From positions 1 to 41,594 of the forward strand of contig JBFRWD010000042.1 in assembly GCA_051439425.1 (NCBI GenBank): DNA of 41,594 nt. The letters are read 5' to 3'. Positions 36,572 to 41,594 of the stretch are shown here, piece after piece. The first letter of the stretch is position 1. Each line of letters begins with the position of its first letter. This stretch comes from Synechococcus sp. (lineage in GTDB: Bacteria; Cyanobacteriota; Cyanobacteriia; Thermostichales; PCC-7336). The position numbers were made by a program, and so were the translations under genes. The notes beneath the pieces are model-generated. The model worked only from the letters and a program-made list of their open reading frames with translations, was not told the DNA's origin and did not search any database.

Positions 36572-37819
36572 CTAAGCTTCGATAGTCAACCGAGGTAACC
36601 GAGCAGAAAATCCACAGAGAATTTCGTAGGGAATGGTGCCGAGTGTATCCGCCCAATGCCCCGCATTCCACCCATCTACAAACAAATCCACCACATCTCC
36701 AACCGCAATTTTTCCGGCACGGCTGGCATCCGGTGGAACCACCCACATAGTTTGATCCATCGTCACATTCCCCACCTGCTGCAGACGATAGCCGTTGACC
36801 CAGCCTTGAAGGTAGCCGGATAGACGCCGGGGTACGCCATCTGCATAACCAATGGCCACTGTTGCCAGAGTTTGGGGACGGTCGCTGAGATATCGATGCC
36901 CGTAGCTCACTCCGGCACCAGCAGGAATGGTTTTGAGATGAGTGATGCGAGCCTTGACGGACATTACCGACCGGAGACAGCAGCGATCGCGCAAAAAATC
37001 TGCGGGTGCGTAGCCGTACAACGCCAGGCCAATGCGCACGCGGTGGTGGTGCCAGCCACGCTCTGCCAAGGTAGCTGCAGAGTTTGCCATATGAACAATC
37101 GACGGCGAGATCCCCTGCTGGTGCAACGCCTGTAAGACGCTCTCAAAGCGATCTGCCTGCTGTTGAGTAGCAGCATGGCTCTGTTCGTCAGCAGTTGCGA
37201 AATGAGAGTACAAACTGAGAGGGACAATGCCGTCGGAATCCAGAAGCGATCGCCATACATCAGCCGCCTCCTGCCAAGTCACCCCCAATCGCGACATACC
37301 GGTATCGACATTGAGATGAACGGGAATTGGAGCCTGCTTGGCAGCAGCCACCTGTTGGCAGAGGGAAATGTGCTGTGGCTCGCCAATCGTCCATTCCAAT
37401 TGGTAATCAACAGCGGTACTAACATCAGATGTTGTCAGTGGCACACCAAACATCATGATGGGGCATTGCAATCCAGCCTGCCTCAGTTCAATCCCTTCCT
37501 GCAGAGTGGCCACACATAAGCCACTGGCCCCAGCCGCGATCGCTGTTTGGGCAACAGCAATCGCCCCATGACCGTAGGCATTGGCTTTCACAACCGCCCA
37601 CAATTCCGTCCCAGGCTGTAAAGTTGCCCGCAAATTGCCAATGTTTTGCCGGAGAGCCGAGAGATTGATTTCTATCCACGCCCGTCCCCGGTCCTGACCG
37701 ATATCGCTTGCCAAGCCCGTATGGGGAGGCGCTGTATCCCCCGCCGATTGTGATGAAGCTGCTATCTGAGACGGCGATCGCCGTAGAGAAGGAGAAGGCT
37801 GGGGAGAGGAGGAGGTCAT
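36572..37819 (-). CDS. alr: Alanine racemase
   Basis: PLP-lysine motif AVVKANAYGHG, VDTGMSRLG, SHFATAD, HMANSA, VSYG, GYADG and TIPYE. The start overlaps the trmB stop (ATGA). Confidence 0.96.
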   Translation of the reverse strand: MTSSSPQPSPSLRRSPSQIAASSQSAGDTAPPHTGLASDIGQDRGRAWIEINLSALRQNIGNLRATLQPGTELWAVVKANAYGHGAIAVAQTAIAAGASGLCVATLQEGIELRQAGLQCPIMMFGVPLTTSDVSTAVDYQLEWTIGEPQHISLCQQVAAAKQAPIPVHLNVDTGMSRLGVTWQEAADVWRSLLDSDGIVPLSLYSHFATADEQSHAATQQQADRFESVLQALHQQGISPSIVHMANSAATLAERGWHHHRVRIGLALYGYAPADFLRDRCCLRSVMSVKARITHLKTIPAGAGVSYGHRYLSDRPQTLATVAIGYADGVPRRLSGYLQGWVNGYRLQQVGNVTMDQTMWVVPPDASRAGKIAVGDVVDLFVDGWNAGHWADTLGTIPYEILCGFSARLPRLTIEA

Positions 37820-38520
37820 TCCAAACTACGCTCTAGCCAATAACGGTAGATGGGTAACCCCTTTGCTGCGCAAGTCACTTCACGGCGGGTGGGGATACCG
37901 AGGGGGTTGCAGTCAATTCGGGCGTGAGGGCCATTGGGATTGGTAAACGCAGAACAATCTGTAAACCGCTGCTCCATTTCTACCGCAACTTCTTCAATGT
38001 CGGATTGTAAAAAGACTGACTGGCCGGGTTTCACTAATGTGGCTAACAAGTCGACCAACTCGGGTTGCACCACCCGCCGCTTTTGGTGTCGGACTTTAAA
38101 CCAGGGGTCGGGAAACTGAATGCTGACGCGCGACAATTCGGCAGCTGCAAACAGGTTTGGCAGAGTGACATTGATATTGCAGGCCAGAAAATGTACATTC
38201 GTGAGCCCGAGTTCTTGCACCCACGCATTGGCACGCTCGACTAAAGGGCGGCGAATTTCAACTCCTAAAAAGTTCCACTCTGGGTTGTGTTGAGCCATTG
38301 CCAACAAAAAGCGACCGGTGCCGGTACCGATATCCAAATGAAACGGCTGATGCAGGCGAGCATAGGCTTGCTCCCAATGGGGGGAAGGGGTTGGGATTTG
38401 ATATTGCACCGCCAGAGGGTTGACGTGGTTGCGAACTCGCACCTGAGTTGGCCCTTTGAGTGGCCAGTTGAGGACAGACGCGCTATTTAATGTGGGGAAG
38501 GGTGGTGTCTGACGTTCCAT
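37816..38520 (-). CDS. trmB: tRNA (guanine-N7)-methyltransferase TrmB
   Basis: VRVRNHVNPL, LDIGTGTGRF, GVEIR, IQFPDPWFK.RHQKRRVVQ, QSD and PT.RE. Start uncertain (ATG 38520 chosen). Confidence 0.93.
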   Translation of the reverse strand: MERQTPPFPTLNSASVLNWPLKGPTQVRVRNHVNPLAVQYQIPTPSPHWEQAYARLHQPFHLDIGTGTGRFLLAMAQHNPEWNFLGVEIRRPLVERANAWVQELGLTNVHFLACNINVTLPNLFAAAELSRVSIQFPDPWFKVRHQKRRVVQPELVDLLATLVKPGQSVFLQSDIEEVAVEMEQRFTDCSAFTNPNGPHARIDCNPLGIPTRREVTCAAKGLPIYRYWLERSLE

Positions 38521-39466
38521 GAGAGCGATTGATTCAGGTGATTCTGGAAAGTGGAGAAACAATGCAAGATCGAGGCGGGAGGTGCGAAAGAGTAGAATAG
38601 CTGCCCCCAAAGGGCAAGCAGAGAATTCCGAAACAGTCGTGGCTAGTTCCGATCCGGTGCATTCGACTGGCCATTCCTATGGTGCCCGCCCCGATCGTCC
38701 GAGTTCTGCAAGAGCAGGAGTGGCAGGGCATACAGACGATCGCCATTCGGTGATCGTAGCGGCAACAACAGCCAATGTTGAGGCATCTGATGCGAAGACA
38801 TCAACAAGCGCCTCTACCCAGCATAGGAAAAACTGGCGATCCTTAATTTTTTCAATTAAAAATGACGGTATTCCCTCCGAGTATGATGTGACTCGATTTC
38901 CTCTCCCCAATCCCTACGAACTCATGTGGGCAGCCCTCGGAGTGTTGGTTACTGCTGCCGGGGCACTGCTTCAGGTGACGATACCCAATGCTTGGACCAT
39001 CGGCATTGGCCCCATTCAGCTCGCTGGATATCGGTTTTCGTTTCAACTGGCAGGGCTCTTGGTGACGGCGTTTATGGGGGGGGCTAGGGCAGCACTTCTG
39101 TCCCAACTCGCATATGTCGGTATGGGAATAGCAGGGTTTGACATCTTTATGGACGGAGGTGGAGCTGCCTACATCCAACGACCTGCCTTCGGATACCTAA
39201 TCGGTTTTATCCCCGGTGCATGGCTATGCGGTCGACTAGCGGAAATGCAATCTCGAACGAGGCCCGTGCATTTGTTTGCTGCCGGACTCTTTGGCCTGCT
39301 GGCAGTCCACGCCACAGGAATCTTTTACTTACTACTACAACCACTGCCAGAACACCTTTGGCAGACGCTCGTAGAATATTCTGCATATACGGCGTTTGGC
39401 CAACTCCTGGTCTTAATCATCAGCGTTGTCGTTGCCGTAATGTTGAGAGTCGCCTTACTGTACTAA
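38519..39466 (+). CDS. bioY: Biotin transporter BioY (ECF S component); start uncertain
   Basis: FQLAGLL..GGARA.LLSQLAY..GIAG..IF..GGG..Y..P.FGYLIGF and HATGI.YL. The recognisable core begins near GTG 38888; the upstream ~120 codons are low-complexity. Confidence 0.85.
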   Translation: MRAIDSGDSGKWRNNARSRREVRKSRIAAPKGQAENSETVVASSDPVHSTGHSYGARPDRPSSARAGVAGHTDDRHSVIVAATTANVEASDAKTSTSASTQHRKNWRSLIFSIKNDGIPSEYDVTRFPLPNPYELMWAALGVLVTAAGALLQVTIPNAWTIGIGPIQLAGYRFSFQLAGLLVTAFMGGARAALLSQLAYVGMGIAGFDIFMDGGGAAYIQRPAFGYLIGFIPGAWLCGRLAEMQSRTRPVHLFAAGLFGLLAVHATGIFYLLLQPLPEHLWQTLVEYSAYTAFGQLLVLIISVVVAVMLRVALLY

Positions 39467-41224
39467 CGCCAGCGGTTGAGACAGGCGTTCGAGCTGAATC
39501 GATCGCAGTCTGGGAGGGAACAAGGCAGTCACGTCGCTCTCTTGGTCGAGCTGTATACGAGCGTCAATCCGATCGATGAGACTGTCGTATCGTTCCAGTT
39601 CAACTGCACCCACAATCGAGATCGTGCAGTTTTGTATGGGAGCCTGATGCGCTTTTTGGGCGGTCTCTAACACTTGCTGCAGGATAAGCGGAAGATCGAG
39701 CCCATCGGGACAATTACCTCGATCGAGCAGTAAGCAGGTTGCTTGCTCTTGCGCTTGCACCAAAATTGCCTGTAGCAGTAACTCTAGGACTTGGGTTAGC
39801 TGTACTTTCGGCTGGGTCCAATCGGGACAAGCATAAAAGTTATGGTTCTGCAGTTTGTATTGCTGCTCGACCATAGCACGTACATCTGATTTCACTGCTT
39901 TGAGAATGGCTCTGATGTGAACGACTTCAGCACCGCCCTGGACAGATTGTAAAGTTTGCAGAGAAAACGCTCCTTTGAAGCCATAGGCCTTGCAGAGAGA
40001 TAGCGAGGCTGGTGATTCGACAGAATAGTATTGAAACGAGTTGACATTCCAAAAACTGACGTGCGTAGGATCTTGAAACGCCCCTCTACCATCAGATGAA
40101 GGCACAAAAATCTCGACCATTGCATTGGGTTTACAAATTCGCCAAATCTCATTCATCGTGTGAATGCGATCGACAAAGTGTTCCAGCGAATCATAAGCTC
40201 TCAGACGATCGATGCTGGAATCGGCGAACGGGAAAGGGCCATTCAAGTTCGCAACAATATCGACCCCTTCAACAGCAACGATATCGACCCCAATATGTTT
40301 GTCCGCTTTGCGACTACCGCATCCGAGATCGACACAGACTAGTTCTGAAGTGTTGGATTCAACCGCCCTTTCGGCGGCGTACTTGCGTACCTCTGGGAGC
40401 ACGGCATTTAAATAGTACGTTTCTTTGCGCTGGCTAAATAGCTCGAATCCACGCAGGGATATTAGCTCTCGTTTTTCGGGTTTCTGCAAATACTCGATAC
40501 AGACATCAACTATCTCGTCGTAGCGGCAAAATACAACTCCATCCGAAAATTCAGCAACGCCAATTGGGTCGCTGCAATATTCAGAGACAACGAATTTTCG
40601 ATTGGAAAGTAAGTGAGCGAAGCGAACGACATTGAATAGTTTAGTTTCGTAGTAATGGATATCAACAACAATCTTGGCACGAGAAATCCAGTCGTCTCGT
40701 TCTTTACCGTACATGCCAACCGGCAATACTTTAATCTTGATTCCACGAGCACGCAGAGCGATCAAAATTTTACGTCTACGTTTGTTCATCGAACCATAGA
40801 ATAGGACATCAATGTCTTGATTTAGAGGAGGATTTATTCTAGATAATTGCGGCATATATCCCAGTTTCAGCAATTGACATCGATTGACACCATAGTGTTG
40901 CCAAGCCTGAATGTTTTCAGCGTTATAGTCCAAAACCAGATAGTTTTTAAATTCGGAGATCACCCGTTCATTTACCCAAGGTGAGCGATCGTGAACTTGC
41001 TCGAAGTTATACAAGATAGTGCAGGGGGGAAGCTGCATCGTGTCGAAATCAATCAGATTGCTTCCCAAAATAATGTAGATGCGATCGCTGAAATCTAGGT
41101 TACTCGAAATAATTGAGTCGTGACCAAGTTCTAGCAGGGCAAAGTGAATGGTTTCAGCAATTTCGCTGAATACACTAGAATGCTTATAGTTGGGTCTACT
41201 GATAATACAGACTGTGAATTTCAT
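39455..41224 (-). CDS. Glycosyltransferase-like domain fused to a class I SAM methyltransferase domain
   Basis: N-terminal GT-B-like half (ILYNFEQ, DIDVLFYGS..RR, YGKERD..I.RAKIV, VVSE), then VDLGCG..GVD..FPFADSS..LEH..MNEIWRICKP..DPTH.SFW. Confidence 0.8.
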   Translation of the reverse strand: MKFTVCIISRPNYKHSSVFSEIAETIHFALLELGHDSIISSNLDFSDRIYIILGSNLIDFDTMQLPPCTILYNFEQVHDRSPWVNERVISEFKNYLVLDYNAENIQAWQHYGVNRCQLLKLGYMPQLSRINPPLNQDIDVLFYGSMNKRRRKILIALRARGIKIKVLPVGMYGKERDDWISRAKIVVDIHYYETKLFNVVRFAHLLSNRKFVVSEYCSDPIGVAEFSDGVVFCRYDEIVDVCIEYLQKPEKRELISLRGFELFSQRKETYYLNAVLPEVRKYAAERAVESNTSELVCVDLGCGSRKADKHIGVDIVAVEGVDIVANLNGPFPFADSSIDRLRAYDSLEHFVDRIHTMNEIWRICKPNAMVEIFVPSSDGRGAFQDPTHVSFWNVNSFQYYSVESPASLSLCKAYGFKGAFSLQTLQSVQGGAEVVHIRAILKAVKSDVRAMVEQQYKLQNHNFYACPDWTQPKVQLTQVLELLLQAILVQAQEQATCLLLDRGNCPDGLDLPLILQQVLETAQKAHQAPIQNCTISIVGAVELERYDSLIDRIDARIQLDQESDVTALFPPRLRSIQLERLSQPLALVQ

Positions 41225-41468
41225 TGTTTTCACCTTGTTCCCAAATTTATACTATAACTACTGAAATCTATAAGCTAGTCATTGAATAGCTAGAATTTTT
41301 ATAAATTAGACTTTAGAAATTGTTTTTTAGACATCGAGCTGGAAATACAATCTGTTGCCAATAAGCCTACTCATTGCCGAACAGCTATTAATTGGCATCA
41401 ATTTTGTTGAAGAATCAAACTGAAGATTTGTGAGTTTTTACTGAAGTCAATCTCTAACACAAGATATA

Positions 41469-41594
41469 TAAGTAGCCAGGCGAAAATAAGCGTAAGATGC
41501 AGCTATGTTAGAGAGCTCGACCCCAAATGCCAGCGGCCTTACAAATCAACTTGAGTGAAGCAGAAGATATCACGTTGCGTGAATTGAGCCTGGC
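41469..41594 (+). mobile_element. Left end of a probable IS630-family insertion sequence (truncated by window)
   Basis: A TA dinucleotide is followed by AGTAGCCAGGCGAAAATAAG. ATG 41527 gives MPAALQINLSEAEDITLRELSLA, resembling the N-terminus of cyanobacterial IS630 transposase HTH ORFs. Confidence 0.65.

Larger units (their letters stand above)
228..41088. repeat. HIP1 octamer GCGATCGC dispersed through the window
   Basis: At least 27 perfect copies counted by eye (e.g. 228, 550, 4749, 4991, 5364, 6818, 8929, 12564, 14301, 22818, 29199, 36983, 41081), against about one expected by chance. Confidence 0.9.

Overview
A chromosomal segment from a cyanobacterium. The evidence is psbY, crtR, a FurA-type regulator, several cyanobacterial DUF genes and at least 27 hand-counted HIP1 octamers (GCGATCGC). 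Most of the window is housekeeping: gyrA paralog, hisS, rsmB, fmt, glk, pip, alr, trmB, bioY, msrB, PrxQ and a VanY-type peptidase. Points of note: (i) trhO, a CmoA-like gene and cmoB are physically clustered, which would be a complete cmo5U34 tRNA wobble-modification pathway; (ii) scattered c-di-GMP parts, namely a sensorless REC / REC-HK / REC-GGDEF operon, an MshEN-like-FHA protein and an EAL remnant; (iii) three small intergenic repeat families, two of which occur together twice in opposite order; (iv) a highly structured crtR leader; (v) small ORFs missed by the ORF track (psbY, a 36-aa membrane peptide, a 57-aa acidic protein); (vi) the left end of an IS630-family element at the right edge. 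I found no rRNA, tRNA or CRISPR array. All family calls come from motif recognition by eye, not database searches.
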